A stretch of 60,790 bases of DNA from a virus. Its lineage: Duplodnaviria > Caudoviricetes. Both the position numbers and the translations under genes were made by a program. The notes beneath the pieces are model-generated. The model made no database searches. It was not told where the DNA came from and saw nothing but the letters and a program-made list of their open reading frames with translations. The stretch lies in the IMG/VR virus record IMGVR_UViG_3300049172_000212, positions 1 to 60,790 of that record, one strand, 5' to 3'. Below, piece by piece: positions 18,467 to 28,659 of this stretch (within the stretch, counting starts at the first letter, position 1; each line of letters starts with the position of its first letter).

Positions 18467-21400
18467 GAGTTGATGATGATCGTGCCGTTGTTGAAATCGA
18501 GAACCATCTTGCCGTTGGTGCTGGAGATGACTCCGGTGACGCTGGCATTCCCAAGATTGGCAGTGATGGCGGTGAGGCTGTTGACGGTAAGCATGTCGGC
18601 CGTGATGGAGCCATCCACAATGAGTTCGGCGCCGTTGGCGCGGCGGACCGAGAGGCGGTCAAAGAAGAAGTATCTTGCGACCGTATCCGTGCTGTTGTGA
18701 TAGATGCGGAATTTGACGAACTTCGCGCCTGACGGAACCGTAAGCTTGCCGCGTTTTGGAGTGCCGTAACTGGTGGGTACGGCCGCATTCGACATACCAG
18801 GGAAATCGTCACTGTTATTGGCCGCTAAAAGGACAAACGCGGCGTCGTACCAGTAGCACCGGAAATAGAAGCCTGCAGTTGCAGCCGTCCCGCCGGTTTC
18901 GATTTGTGCCTCGGCCGTCAGGATCTCGCCGCCGATCACGGGGATGAAATTCTTGGTCGTCATGTACATGCTGGCGGAGCCTGGGGTGACCTGATCCGCA
19001 ATCAAGGCATACTGCCCACTGTTCACGTTTGATGCTCCGCCAGTTACTCTGAAGCACGCCGTAGCTTGGGAACCGGTGCCCAAATAGGGATGGCTGAAGT
19101 CCCAAATCGCAGTCATCGTATCGGCAGTGATATCGGCAAAGTCCCAGTTCTGAATGAGGTTGGTGAAATCAGTCAGAAGCAGGGTTTTCGCGGTGATCGC
19201 GTTCGCGGCGATCTGAAGGGCGCCGATCGTGTTGGCAGCGATGTTGTCGCCGGTGATCGACCCATCAACGATAAGCTGGCCTGTACCCTTGCGGCGAACT
19301 TCGACGCGACCGACCCGCCACGTTGCTCCGGAAGCTGCCGTCAGGTTTTGGATCGTCACAAAGGCATACACCGCCCCGGCAGGAACAAGGTACTCACCGC
19401 TTTTCTCCACGTAGGAGGTTGCAGTATCGCCGACGCCGTCCGTGATGCTGAAGGTCACGTTGGTCATGACCGGCGATATCCAGTTGCCAGCAGAATCAAC
19501 GGCAATGACACGAAAACGGATAGATGCCGTCGCTGTCGTCCCTGTGAGCGCTCTCGCGACCGCTGTTAGCTGTATCCTCTCCCCGGCCCTGACGGGAAAC
19601 TGATTGGAATTATGTGAGAAGCCCGCAGCAGCGGTGGTGCCGATGTGCATATACGGTCCGCCAGCGAAGCCACCGGACGAGACCCATTGCCAGCCGGTCG
19701 GCCAAGTCCAATCAACCTCACCATTCAAGAAGCTCGGGTTGCTGGCGAGATTGTAGAAGTCCGAGATAACCATCTTCGTCGCGGTGATCGCACCTGCGGC
19801 TATCTCGGCCGCGCTGACGGCGCCGGCCGCGATCTTGCCGGCGGTGATGGCGCCGGCAGCAATGGCGCCTGCGGTGACGGAGTTCGCTGACAGGTGATTG
19901 GCATTGATTGCCCCGTCGACGATCAGGTTGGCGTTGTTCTTGTAGCGGAGCATAGGTCCGCCAAAATAACCTATGGAGTCCGACGCATTGCCTAGCCGCC
20001 TAAATACGAACCTGGATGCTCGTTCATTCGTCGTAGTAAAGGAGATACCGGCCCGCGTTGTTGCAGCGGAATCCGTTCTTGTCGCAACCGTCAACGTGCG
20101 GTTCAGGGTCGGGACTCCTGTCGCACTCACAGCGTAGAGCTCCAAAAGAACTTCTACCGTGCCTGCGCCGACGACTGTCGTTCCCATGTTAAGGGAGATT
20201 TCCGCGTAATAATCGCGGTTCGCCTGCATTGGTATCATGGGGGCATTTACCGTCCGCGTCGAAGCGTTCGGGTGTATCCGGAGTGCGTACTGACCGCGAT
20301 CACCGTTTGCTGTCCCTGTTTCGTCGAAGACGGCTCCGTCCGGAGATGAGTAGAGGCTCATTTCTCTAAAGTCGAAGTCCGGGTAGATGTTGGTGAAGTC
20401 GGTCAGCACCAGCTCGCGAGCGGTGATTGAATTCGCAGCGATCTTGTCACCGAAGATGGCACCCGCAGCGATGGTCTCATGATTGACAGCCAAAGCCGCC
20501 AGTTTGGCAGCAGTGACCGCGGCATCAGCAAGCTTCTGTGCTGTAATCGAGCCGTCAGCGACCTCGCCGATACCGACCTGCGGCGTCTCGTACTGGTTGC
20601 TGGTGCTGTTCCAGGTGTAGAGCTTGTTCTGGAAATAGATGGTTTCGGTCGTCTTGGTCGTCGGCAGTGCGGCGCCGTCGATGATGCCGACGGGCTCGAT
20701 GCCGTTGGCGAACTTCGTGATGGTGAGCGAACCGTCGAGCAGCTTCAGATTGTTGACGGCACCGTCCATGATCTTTTCGGCAGTGACCGCGCCGTCTGCA
20801 ATCTTGTCGGCGATTATCGAGTTGTCGAGAACATCCGCAATCAGACTTCCGGTGGGATTGTTACTGACAGCCCATGTCGTGTACGTCCGCAAACGATCTG
20901 GAACTGTGGTGATTGTGGCGCGAGCGACATAGACCTCACCTGAGACTACGTTTTTTGTCGTGGTGTAGACCCCGGTCTCGGGGGCCGCGCACTGATCTTC
21001 AAAAAGTTCCGATCCATCGTCGTTCGGGCGATAAAAGAATCTAACGGCCGTGATCGTCGGGTCGGCCGGCGGCGTCCAGCTGAATCTCAGTGCCGGGACG
21101 TCAGCGCCGCTGCTGTTCGTGATGACGCCAGCGCTCACCTGGAAGTTCTGAACGGTCGACAGCAGAGATGGGTTGACCGGAGGCGTCGGCGTGATGATGA
21201 CCGGACCAGGCTCAATATCATCGTCGTCATAGATCGCGGCAGAGGTCTCGCTTAGCTTCAGCGTGACACGGAACTGCTCATCCAGCACCCATTCCGAGAT
21301 CATCCAGGTGCCGCCGCGCCAAGTGACCCACTCCCCCTCCTGCACCTTTAGACCGACGCGCCTGCTCACAGGTAAAGTGGCCGTGCCACCCATGCGGTTC

Positions 21401-22674
21401 TGACGATAGCGGATATAAAGCAGGTACTGCGCGATGTCCGGATCGGTCACCTGCAGAAAGTCGTTGCTGGTCTGGCGAGGCCTGCCGTCTTCCGAGACGT
21501 GGGCATTCACGTAGACCGGTTTAAGACTGTCAGGGTTCCACATCAGCTCGATCGAGAGGAACTGACCCGAGAGATAGTTATACCGCTCGAACGCCGACTT
21601 CCGGTATTGGATCTCCTTCGCACGATCGGCCGGAATGTCATCCGCCGTGATCTCCATGACCGGGATCTGCGGAGCGCCCGGAATGACGCCGGAAAGGCCG
21701 CGACGATTGATGCCGTAACCGGCCATCGCATCATCGAACTCCTTCAGGATCTCTGTATGGTCGTCATCGCCTGTCACCCAAAGCGAGCACTGATAGGTCT
21801 TCTTGCCATCGGTCCGTAGCGTGTCGCAGACGTTCATGGCGACGAAATACGTTCCAAGATCCAGCTGACCGAGGCTCTTTCCTTCGCCGATCAGCGTACG
21901 ACCGGATATCAGAGCCTTGAGCCCCAGCTGATAGTTCAGGCGGTGGACAGCCGGGTTGAGCTGATGCGTCCAGGTCGACGGATCGTTGATGCGCTGCGGC
22001 CCAGAGCCGCCTGCGACGGTGGAGTCCTTGCGTGGGTCATATTCCCTCAGGCCGCGCAGCACGAATTCTATATCGGGCTTGCCGTTCCGGAACAGGTCGC
22101 CATCGTAGACGCGCTGAACGATCACATAGCAGAGCCCGGCATTGACGCTGGTGGCCTTCCACGTCTGGCCCAGAGCAGCTGTGTCGTCGACAAGCTTCTG
22201 ATCAACCCCTTGCCCCGGCCGCCCGTCATAGAAGCGGAACGACAGGTAATATTGATCTTCATCGTTGGCGAAGCCCTCGACGCCGTAGTGTGCCGCCTCA
22301 TCGCCTATAACCGGGAGAACAACCAGGTTGTGCTTCTTGCCGAAGAAATAGACGTAAGGCTCAAGTCCATCATTCCAGCCATTGGCGAGAACGAAGACTT
22401 CGGCATTGATCTTGTTGCCGCTGCCCCACTTTGCATAGAAAATCCGCTGCCCCTTGGTCTTGCCGGTACCGAAAAGGGCGCCAACAGGAACGTCCCCGCC
22501 ATACTGCGTCTCGCCTTGAACAGCGGCATATTTCCGCTTCTTCGGCCGCCGCAGATAGCTGATCGCGAGGTTCGCGGCGAAGGCCAGACCGCTGCTGATG
22601 ACGGTCGCGGCAAGTGCCGAGCCGGCAAACAGAGCGCCGGCAATGGCGCTGCCAATCGCAGTAAAGATCGCCAT
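18463..22674 (-). CDS. Central tail fibre / host specificity protein (J-like) with three CBM-like modules
   Basis: 1403 aa; tail-tip N-terminus, FN3-like region, AITA-type pentapeptide repeats. Confidence 0.88.
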   Translation of the reverse strand: MAIFTAIGSAIAGALFAGSALAATVISSGLAFAANLAISYLRRPKKRKYAAVQGETQYGGDVPVGALFGTGKTKGQRIFYAKWGSGNKINAEVFVLANGWNDGLEPYVYFFGKKHNLVVLPVIGDEAAHYGVEGFANDEDQYYLSFRFYDGRPGQGVDQKLVDDTAALGQTWKATSVNAGLCYVIVQRVYDGDLFRNGKPDIEFVLRGLREYDPRKDSTVAGGSGPQRINDPSTWTHQLNPAVHRLNYQLGLKALISGRTLIGEGKSLGQLDLGTYFVAMNVCDTLRTDGKKTYQCSLWVTGDDDHTEILKEFDDAMAGYGINRRGLSGVIPGAPQIPVMEITADDIPADRAKEIQYRKSAFERYNYLSGQFLSIELMWNPDSLKPVYVNAHVSEDGRPRQTSNDFLQVTDPDIAQYLLYIRYRQNRMGGTATLPVSRRVGLKVQEGEWVTWRGGTWMISEWVLDEQFRVTLKLSETSAAIYDDDDIEPGPVIITPTPPVNPSLLSTVQNFQVSAGVITNSSGADVPALRFSWTPPADPTITAVRFFYRPNDDGSELFEDQCAAPETGVYTTTKNVVSGEVYVARATITTVPDRLRTYTTWAVSNNPTGSLIADVLDNSIIADKIADGAVTAEKIMDGAVNNLKLLDGSLTITKFANGIEPVGIIDGAALPTTKTTETIYFQNKLYTWNSTSNQYETPQVGIGEVADGSITAQKLADAAVTAAKLAALAVNHETIAAGAIFGDKIAANSITARELVLTDFTNIYPDFDFREMSLYSSPDGAVFDETGTANGDRGQYALRIHPNASTRTVNAPMIPMQANRDYYAEISLNMGTTVVGAGTVEVLLELYAVSATGVPTLNRTLTVATRTDSAATTRAGISFTTTNERASRFVFRRLGNASDSIGYFGGPMLRYKNNANLIVDGAINANHLSANSVTAGAIAAGAITAGKIAAGAVSAAEIAAGAITATKMVISDFYNLASNPSFLNGEVDWTWPTGWQWVSSGGFAGGPYMHIGTTAAAGFSHNSNQFPVRAGERIQLTAVARALTGTTATASIRFRVIAVDSAGNWISPVMTNVTFSITDGVGDTATSYVEKSGEYLVPAGAVYAFVTIQNLTAASGATWRVGRVEVRRKGTGQLIVDGSITGDNIAANTIGALQIAANAITAKTLLLTDFTNLIQNWDFADITADTMTAIWDFSHPYLGTGSQATACFRVTGGASNVNSGQYALIADQVTPGSASMYMTTKNFIPVIGGEILTAEAQIETGGTAATAGFYFRCYWYDAAFVLLAANNSDDFPGMSNAAVPTSYGTPKRGKLTVPSGAKFVKFRIYHNSTDTVARYFFFDRLSVRRANGAELIVDGSITADMLTVNSLTAITANLGNASVTGVISSTNGKMVLDFNNGTIIINS

Positions 22675-22681
22675 TCAGAAA

Positions 22682-23095
22682 TTATCCAATGTGAAAAGCT
22701 GCGACGACATCGGAAAGGCCGTGATCCTGCCGGCCCGTCTCGGTTTTTGTGGTAAAGCGCGTACCGACGCAGATGCCGACATGTTCAGCACCGTCGGCGA
22801 GGCGAAGAATGACGAGATCGCCGAAATGGGCTTCCGCCGCGCCAACCGGCGGCCGGCCGAGCTCGACCGTCCAGAAATCGATCAGGCTCTTGAAGCCACG
22901 CTTGCGCAGAGCTCGCTGCGCACCGGGGAGGGTTTTATAGGCCCCGGCATATTTCTTCGCGAGCTGCGTCCCCTCTAGGGCGTCGACCAATGCGCAGCCC
23001 ATCATGAAGCAGTCGGACTGCTTTGGATCGCCATAGACATATGGGTTTGCAAGCTCACGCGCGAGCGTGGCTTCGACAATGCGGAAGCGATTCAT
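22682..23095 (-). CDS. Tail-associated NlpC/P60-like protein (DUF6950 type)
   Basis: SDCFMM...GDLV...HVGIC. Confidence 0.75.
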   Translation of the reverse strand: MNRFRIVEATLARELANPYVYGDPKQSDCFMMGCALVDALEGTQLAKKYAGAYKTLPGAQRALRKRGFKSLIDFWTVELGRPPVGAAEAHFGDLVILRLADGAEHVGICVGTRFTTKTETGRQDHGLSDVVAAFHIG

Positions 23096-23150
23096 TATTA
23101 TTCCTGCTGATTGATTCTAACAGTGCCGCCAAACCTATAGGAGCAGCCAC

Positions 23151-23549
23151 ATGTCTTTGCCTGCCTACCCGCCCGGGGCATCAGTAGTTCTGATGAAGAT
23201 AATGGGAGGATGGTATGTTCATTCGGTTTACCCGCCGGGTTTCCAAATTCCATCATCAGGAATGCCAGCAGAACCTCATTTCGAGAAATCACTTTCTGAA
23301 GCCCTATCGCATATCAAGAAGTTTCACTCCGATGACGAGGTCCCCGGGGGCACGCAGCCATCAGCAGATCCAACAGGAGGACAACCGGAGCCTTACGCCG
23401 AAGGAACAGCTATCTGGCTGCATCGGAAGAGCAACGGATGGATGCCCGTCACGCGTTTCCCAGGCGGCGGAATCAGTCAGAGAATGGCCACCTACTCGAC
23501 GTTGCAAGATGCTTTCGAAGGCCAACGCCTCTTGTATGGAGAGCAGTGA
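23151..23549 (+). CDS. Antisense moron with a duplicated small domain
   Basis: AGGAG RBS; two similar ~50-aa halves. Confidence 0.65.
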   Translation: MSLPAYPPGASVVLMKIMGGWYVHSVYPPGFQIPSSGMPAEPHFEKSLSEALSHIKKFHSDDEVPGGTQPSADPTGGQPEPYAEGTAIWLHRKSNGWMPVTRFPGGGISQRMATYSTLQDAFEGQRLLYGEQ

Positions 23550-24137
23550 TCAACGGCTTACTTGCCCCCATTCTTCGGGGATCGTGGCATTGGTAGCGAC
23601 GTATTCGAGACCGGTATCGGTCGCGAGATTGTCGAACTGCTGTTCCTTCAGGCTGCGCTTGACGAAGGTCGCACCGCGGGCCGAACGACCGGGAGGCTGC
23701 AGATCGATCGAGAGTGTCAGCGAGCGCTCGGAACCAGAGACTGCGCCTTCATTGAAACGTACCTGGTCAATCTCGTAGATCGATGATGCCAGGATGCCGA
23801 TCACCTCATCCGTATCGGGATCGCCCGCCAGATGAGCGATGATGACGGGCGCATTCTGATAATCGTAACTCTCGATCTGCGCGATGGCATCATCGGGATT
23901 GGTGACCGGAATGTTCGAGAACACGATCGTGCGCGTGCTCACGGCTATACCCACGGCGCTCGACATGTTGCCCATCTGCAAAAATCGGTTCGGAAGGTAG
24001 GTCAAGCCGTTGTAGGTGTATGGCCGTCCGCCCCGGTGATATCCGACAGTCTTCCCAGGCAGGTCAAAGCGGATAAGATCGAGGCGCGCAATGCGACCAC
24101 CATCAACGAGCGCGGCAACGCCAGGATCAAGAGCCAC
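23550..24137 (-). CDS. Minor tail protein (DUF2163/L-like)
   Basis: Position; QQFDNLATDTGLEYV...WG. Confidence 0.7.
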   Translation of the reverse strand: MALDPGVAALVDGGRIARLDLIRFDLPGKTVGYHRGGRPYTYNGLTYLPNRFLQMGNMSSAVGIAVSTRTIVFSNIPVTNPDDAIAQIESYDYQNAPVIIAHLAGDPDTDEVIGILASSIYEIDQVRFNEGAVSGSERSLTLSIDLQPPGRSARGATFVKRSLKEQQFDNLATDTGLEYVATNATIPEEWGQVSR

Positions 24138-24801
24138 TGACAAACACCTCAGTTGCGGAGAAGGATGGGGAACGGTTCGCCCAGGACTTCTTGCCGTCGT
24201 AGCTGCCAGGATCGATCTGCATGGTGCACGACGGCTTTTCGAAATGGACGGTGTTGGCCGTGGTGAAGGTGCCCGTATCGAGGCCATACTTGATCGAGAG
24301 CGTTACAACGCCCGAGCCGTTTGATGTTGCGGCTGCCATGATCCTATGAAGCGATCTTTCCCAAAGAGACTTCCGGATCTCGACATAGTCGCCTACCGAC
24401 AGCTTGAACGCCGCAGGAAGGCCAGAGACAACAATCGTGCGGCTGTTCGTGATCGACTGAAGAACCGCCTGCCCGTTGAATGCGCCTCCCCCTGCCCTGG
24501 TGCCCGACAGCGGAAGGCCACTATCATGAGCGACAGGCCGCGGACGGAAAGCGTCGTACGCGAGGAACGTCTCTCCATCGTCTCCAGCCTGCATCATGAA
24601 AGCATCCATGATGCCATACTCTTCCCGCAACAGCGGGCGCGAGACGTACCGAGCCACCCAATAGGGCGTGCCGAAAGACTGAGCCTCAGTGCGGCGCCCT
24701 TCCATCCAATCGGTATCGCGTGGGCGGACAGGATCAAAGGCGCACTCCACCCAATCGCGGCGACCGCCACCGAACGTTGGCAGAAGAATGGGATCGGGCA
24801 T
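24127..24801 (-). CDS. Distal tail protein
   Basis: Directly after the tape measure gene. Confidence 0.7.
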   Translation of the reverse strand: MPDPILLPTFGGGRRDWVECAFDPVRPRDTDWMEGRRTEAQSFGTPYWVARYVSRPLLREEYGIMDAFMMQAGDDGETFLAYDAFRPRPVAHDSGLPLSGTRAGGGAFNGQAVLQSITNSRTIVVSGLPAAFKLSVGDYVEIRKSLWERSLHRIMAAATSNGSGVVTLSIKYGLDTGTFTTANTVHFEKPSCTMQIDPGSYDGKKSWANRSPSFSATEVFVSGS

Positions 24802-26903
24802 CAGTGAGACTCGCCGTTCTGATAGAGATTTTCCCGGGCCTTGTTGCTCTCCTGAACAACCGTCACGGCAATGTCTTGGCTCTCTGCGCGGATCGTCGGA
24901 CGGAACATCGGTCCTTCCTCGCCTATAACCCGCAGGACGAGTTCTCGAGGCTGGTCGCTGGGCTGGCTTCGGGTGGAAGCATTGTTCTGGTTCGCAGCCG
25001 GCAAGATGCGGTGATTCGGAATTACCTCTTCACCACCCTTGAAATGAACCAGTTCCGGCCCCTTCTCTCCTACCCATGCAAGACCCGGGCGCGCGGCAGG
25101 AGTGCCAGCGGCATAGAGACCCACACCAGGCTTGGATGGGAAGGCGCTGCTTCCTCCGCCGAACAGAGAACCGAACAGGTTCCCGAGTAGCCCGCCTCCT
25201 CCGCCGCTACCGGCGTCAGTTACCTTGAAGACCGCGTCGAGGACGTCGTTAAGGAGCTTATCCGTGATGCGGTCGAGCACGCCTAATGCGGCATCGCCAA
25301 AGCTCTTCCAGACGCTTTCGCCATTCTCAAGGCCGGCGCGGAAATCATCGAGGAACCCACGCGTCGTGTCCTTGGCAAAGTCCATCTGCTCACGGATGCG
25401 CTCGGTTCCGTATTCCAGCGAAGCCATGCGCTCCGCCAAACCGGAAATTTCCGCGCGCTGCGAGGCGGTCAACGTGATGCCTCTAGCTTGGGCCTGATTG
25501 AGCATATCTTGCTCGTAACGGAGTTTGAGGGCCGCTTCCTCTGTCAGGCCCAGCGCGTCTCTCTCGGCCTGAAGTGAGGCGATCCGACGCTCAGCACCGT
25601 TGATGATGTCGTCGTACTTCTCCGCCTCTGTCTTTCCGCCCTTCTTCTTTCCCTTCTCGTCGACCTTGCCCATCCAGTCGGCCAACTCTCGGACTTTCCC
25701 CGCAGCTTTAGACGCGCGCTCAGCCACATACTCGTACGCCTTCCCGGCGTAGTCCTTTCCTTGTGCGCCATTGTAGGCGTCTTGAGCGGACTGTAACGCG
25801 CTGGCAGCCTCTCCAGAGCGTGGATTGCTTAGCCGGCCAAACTCGACGGGCCCTAGTGTCATGTTGTTGAAGGTTTCAGGGCTCAACGGCTTTCCGATCG
25901 ATGCCGAGAAGAGCGCATATTTGTTGATCAGGTTGTTGAGCCCATCAATGGCGCTCTGCACCATGCTCTCGATTCCATCAATGACCTTGTTTGCGGTCGA
26001 GTAGACGATATCAGCCAAAGCGCCTGGCAACTGAGACCAGACGGCTTTCAGTGCTTCGTAGCCACCAACGAATGCCCCAATGACAGTGTTGACGCCGTCC
26101 TTCGCCGCTTTGACGATATCGAACCCGAAAATCTGCTCCAGTTCTTTGCGAAAGATATTCGCAGCGGCAACTGCGACAGTTATGCCTGCGACGAAGGCTA
26201 CAACCGGGTTGGCGGCAAGGAACGCCACCGCAACAGCTCCCAGCTGCGCTACCAGACGACCTAGCCACGCAATAAGGGTGATGACGCCGCCAATGATCGC
26301 GGGCGCATATAGCAGAGCCAATGCAGCTGCGGCGGCTACGGCATAGGGAGCGATCTCATCCAAGATCTCAGCTAGCCCTCGGAGCGCTGCACCCGCCAGC
26401 TTCCCCCAATTGACCATCTGAATGAGGGCGGCCCCGAGGGTGATTACTGCGATCGTCACGAGGGATACTGGCGAAAGAACCATCGCGAATGCCTGCGCAA
26501 ACCCCTGGATCGGCTTGTCCATCGAAGCAAGAACCATCGCCGCTTGCGTGCCCTGCTGGAAGCCGATCGTGAGCGCGGCCATACCGCCTTGAGCGCTGAT
26601 AATCGTGTCCTGCACCTGGGCGGCCAGATTTGCGATGTTACCGCGGTGACCGGCGACATTGCTGTTTGCGGCGCGGTTCATCATCTCGATTTGCCGGGAT
26701 GCCGTTTGCGCCGCTGTTCCCTCTTTCGCATACGCTGCGGCTGCAGACGCCGCTGCCCCAGTCGCACCACGATTTGCTGCTGCCAGCCCATCAGTCGAGG
26801 CTTCAGCACGAGCCGCAGCACCGGCCAGCTTAGTCAGGCCATCGGTCGCCTTGTCGGTCCCTCGTTCTGTGACCTGGATACCTAGCTGGGCTACGTCTGC
26901 CAT
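24801..26903 (-). CDS. Tail tape measure protein
   Basis: Ala-rich, 700 aa; QQGTQ and VGEKGPEL motifs. Confidence 0.9.
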   Translation of the reverse strand: MADVAQLGIQVTERGTDKATDGLTKLAGAAARAEASTDGLAAANRGATGAAASAAAAYAKEGTAAQTASRQIEMMNRAANSNVAGHRGNIANLAAQVQDTIISAQGGMAALTIGFQQGTQAAMVLASMDKPIQGFAQAFAMVLSPVSLVTIAVITLGAALIQMVNWGKLAGAALRGLAEILDEIAPYAVAAAAALALLYAPAIIGGVITLIAWLGRLVAQLGAVAVAFLAANPVVAFVAGITVAVAAANIFRKELEQIFGFDIVKAAKDGVNTVIGAFVGGYEALKAVWSQLPGALADIVYSTANKVIDGIESMVQSAIDGLNNLINKYALFSASIGKPLSPETFNNMTLGPVEFGRLSNPRSGEAASALQSAQDAYNGAQGKDYAGKAYEYVAERASKAAGKVRELADWMGKVDEKGKKKGGKTEAEKYDDIINGAERRIASLQAERDALGLTEEAALKLRYEQDMLNQAQARGITLTASQRAEISGLAERMASLEYGTERIREQMDFAKDTTRGFLDDFRAGLENGESVWKSFGDAALGVLDRITDKLLNDVLDAVFKVTDAGSGGGGGLLGNLFGSLFGGGSSAFPSKPGVGLYAAGTPAARPGLAWVGEKGPELVHFKGGEEVIPNHRILPAANQNNASTRSQPSDQPRELVLRVIGEEGPMFRPTIRAESQDIAVTVVQESNKARENLYQNGESH

Positions 26904-26960
26904 CGGTTGTCCTTTTGACGCGGTTAGGTATGCTCCCACCGAATCTCGATGGAGGGTTTA

Positions 26961-27419
26961 ATGCTTAAGCTTGCTAGTGCTTTGATTATCGTTGTGGCGC
27001 TCGCGTCTCCGATATCGGCGCAAACCAAAGCAGACCCCCGGGCTGTTGACGCATGTAAAGCCCGATCACCCACGTTCGTTCAGGTCGCTGACTGCCTTCC
27101 TGCGGCGCACGTGGCGATCAAAACGCTGGATGCCTTCGATAGCATATACCCTGCGACCGCTCAGCCGCTGAAAGCTAAGTGCGTCGAACGGAACCCCGGA
27201 AACATATCCGGGGCGTGGATCTGCGTTACTGAAGCGGTCGATAAGGCCGTCAGCCTTAAGCAGTCACTGCCGGCCGGGGCAAGCCTGGACGATCCTATTT
27301 TCGCTGCCGTCGCCAACGAAGATTTGGCGAAGAAACTTCAAGAGGCGGAGAAGAAGGCGAAATCTGACTTTCCAAAGCAAACGATCTGGGGCGGGTCGAT
27401 GTATTTCCCCTACAAATGA
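26961..27419 (+). CDS. Exported Cys-containing moron protein
   Basis: GGAGG RBS, signal peptide, two spaced Cys pairs. Confidence 0.75.
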   Translation: MLKLASALIIVVALASPISAQTKADPRAVDACKARSPTFVQVADCLPAAHVAIKTLDAFDSIYPATAQPLKAKCVERNPGNISGAWICVTEAVDKAVSLKQSLPAGASLDDPIFAAVANEDLAKKLQEAEKKAKSDFPKQTIWGGSMYFPYK

Positions 27420-27440
27420 AAAGGCCCGCCGGAGCGGGCC
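27419..27440 (-). terminator. Intrinsic terminator
   Basis: GGCCCGC-loop-GCGGGCC + TTTT on the - strand. Confidence 0.65.
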
Positions 27441-27504
27441 AAGCCGACTCGACTCCCGGTTGCCGCCGTGCTTCCGTCTGGGCGCCCCGATCCAGGAGAA
27501 TCAC

Positions 27505-27798
27505 ATGCCTTTCGAATTGAAATGGGACCCAAAGAACGCCGAAGTCGAACTAGGCGCTGTGGTTATCGCATATCATGAAGCCCTAACCGCTGCCATCGAA
27601 GCACTGGCCGAAGTAAAGGGGACAGATGATTTAACGTGGTTCGACGAGTTGCATCAGAATTCCATTGCTGCCGCGAAGGGAACGACCACCGAGGAGATCT
27701 CGATAGAAGTCGATGCGAGCGCTGTCCGGCTTGGATTTCAGACGCTCGACGCAGACTTTAAGAGCATCCGCATCGGCTTGATCAAAAACAAGAAGTGA
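27505..27798 (+). CDS. Antisense moron hypothetical protein
   Basis: AGGAG RBS. Confidence 0.65.
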   Translation: MPFELKWDPKNAEVELGAVVIAYHEALTAAIEALAEVKGTDDLTWFDELHQNSIAAAKGTTTEEISIEVDASAVRLGFQTLDADFKSIRIGLIKNKK

Positions 27799-27913
27799 CC
27801 GCTTATCACCTAAGCTTATTGCAGCCATGGTGAAACTTGCGCTGTAGATTGCGCCATTTTTCATCGATCTCTCCTATTAAAGGGCCCCCGATTTGGGAGC
27901 CTCTGCTGCATGC

Positions 27914-28291
27914 CTAGCGAGAAGGAGCTTCGCGTTCCCTGATGGCTTCCGCTTCCCGATCAATCTCGACGCAATACCGGCAATCCATGGCGCGAAGGAC
28001 CGCTATTTCCTCTCGCCTGAGGATATTGCCGGTGATCTGCAGCCAAGCTAACAGCTCCGAATGCGAAACGGGGTTGGCACCGTTGAAGCCCGACGCCTGC
28101 CCTGCCCGAACACTCCAAAACGCTTCCCAAAGGAAAACGCCGACGTCCGGAATATCGGGCTCTGGGCTTTCCACCTCGAACGCCCCGTTCCTTTCGCGGC
28201 GGGTCTCGCCTTCCTTGTCCTTGATGCTGTCGTACCGAGCTGTGACCGCTACGGCTTCGCAGAGCCTTTCTCCGAGCTCTTCGTAAAATTT
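27914..28291 (-). CDS. Tail assembly chaperone T segment (G-T fusion via -1 frameshift)
   Basis: The -1 frame is open from the slippery A-AAT-TTT to the stop at 27914. Confidence 0.8.
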   Translation of the reverse strand, partial: KFYEELGERLCEAVAVTARYDSIKDKEGETRRERNGAFEVESPEPDIPDVGVFLWEAFWSVRAGQASGFNGANPVSHSELLAWLQITGNILRREEIAVLRAMDCRYCVEIDREAEAIREREAPSR

Positions 28292-28650
28292 GCGCGGTCC
28301 TCACTGGCCGCGCTGACCTGGTCATAGATCCAGCCGGCTTCCGAGACGACTTCACGAGCCGTTTCGAAAGAGAGTTCCGGCTTGGAACCCTTCCAGTTGT
28401 GGTCGCCCCAATCCCAGGAGGCGATGGAAGCAGCCGCGCGATCGAGGTACTCGGCCTCGACTTTGTCCGTCGTCAACTTCTTTTTCCGGCTGGAAAGGAA
28501 CTTGTCGGAATGCTGACGGACTACCTTCTTGACGGCATCACTTTCGGAGGATCGGACCATAAAGCGGATGCCGAGCCGTTCCTCGCTCTTGGGGTCGACG
28601 AGGTGAAGCTCGAACAGGTCTTCCGAGTTGACGAGTTTGGAAATGTCCAT
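28249..28650 (-). CDS. Tail assembly chaperone (G-like)
   Basis: Between major tail and tape measure genes; ends ...RANFT. Confidence 0.85.
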   Translation of the reverse strand: MDISKLVNSEDLFELHLVDPKSEERLGIRFMVRSSESDAVKKVVRQHSDKFLSSRKKKLTTDKVEAEYLDRAAASIASWDWGDHNWKGSKPELSFETAREVVSEAGWIYDQVSAASEDRANFTKSSEKGSAKP

Positions 28651-28659
28651 GTGATCCTC

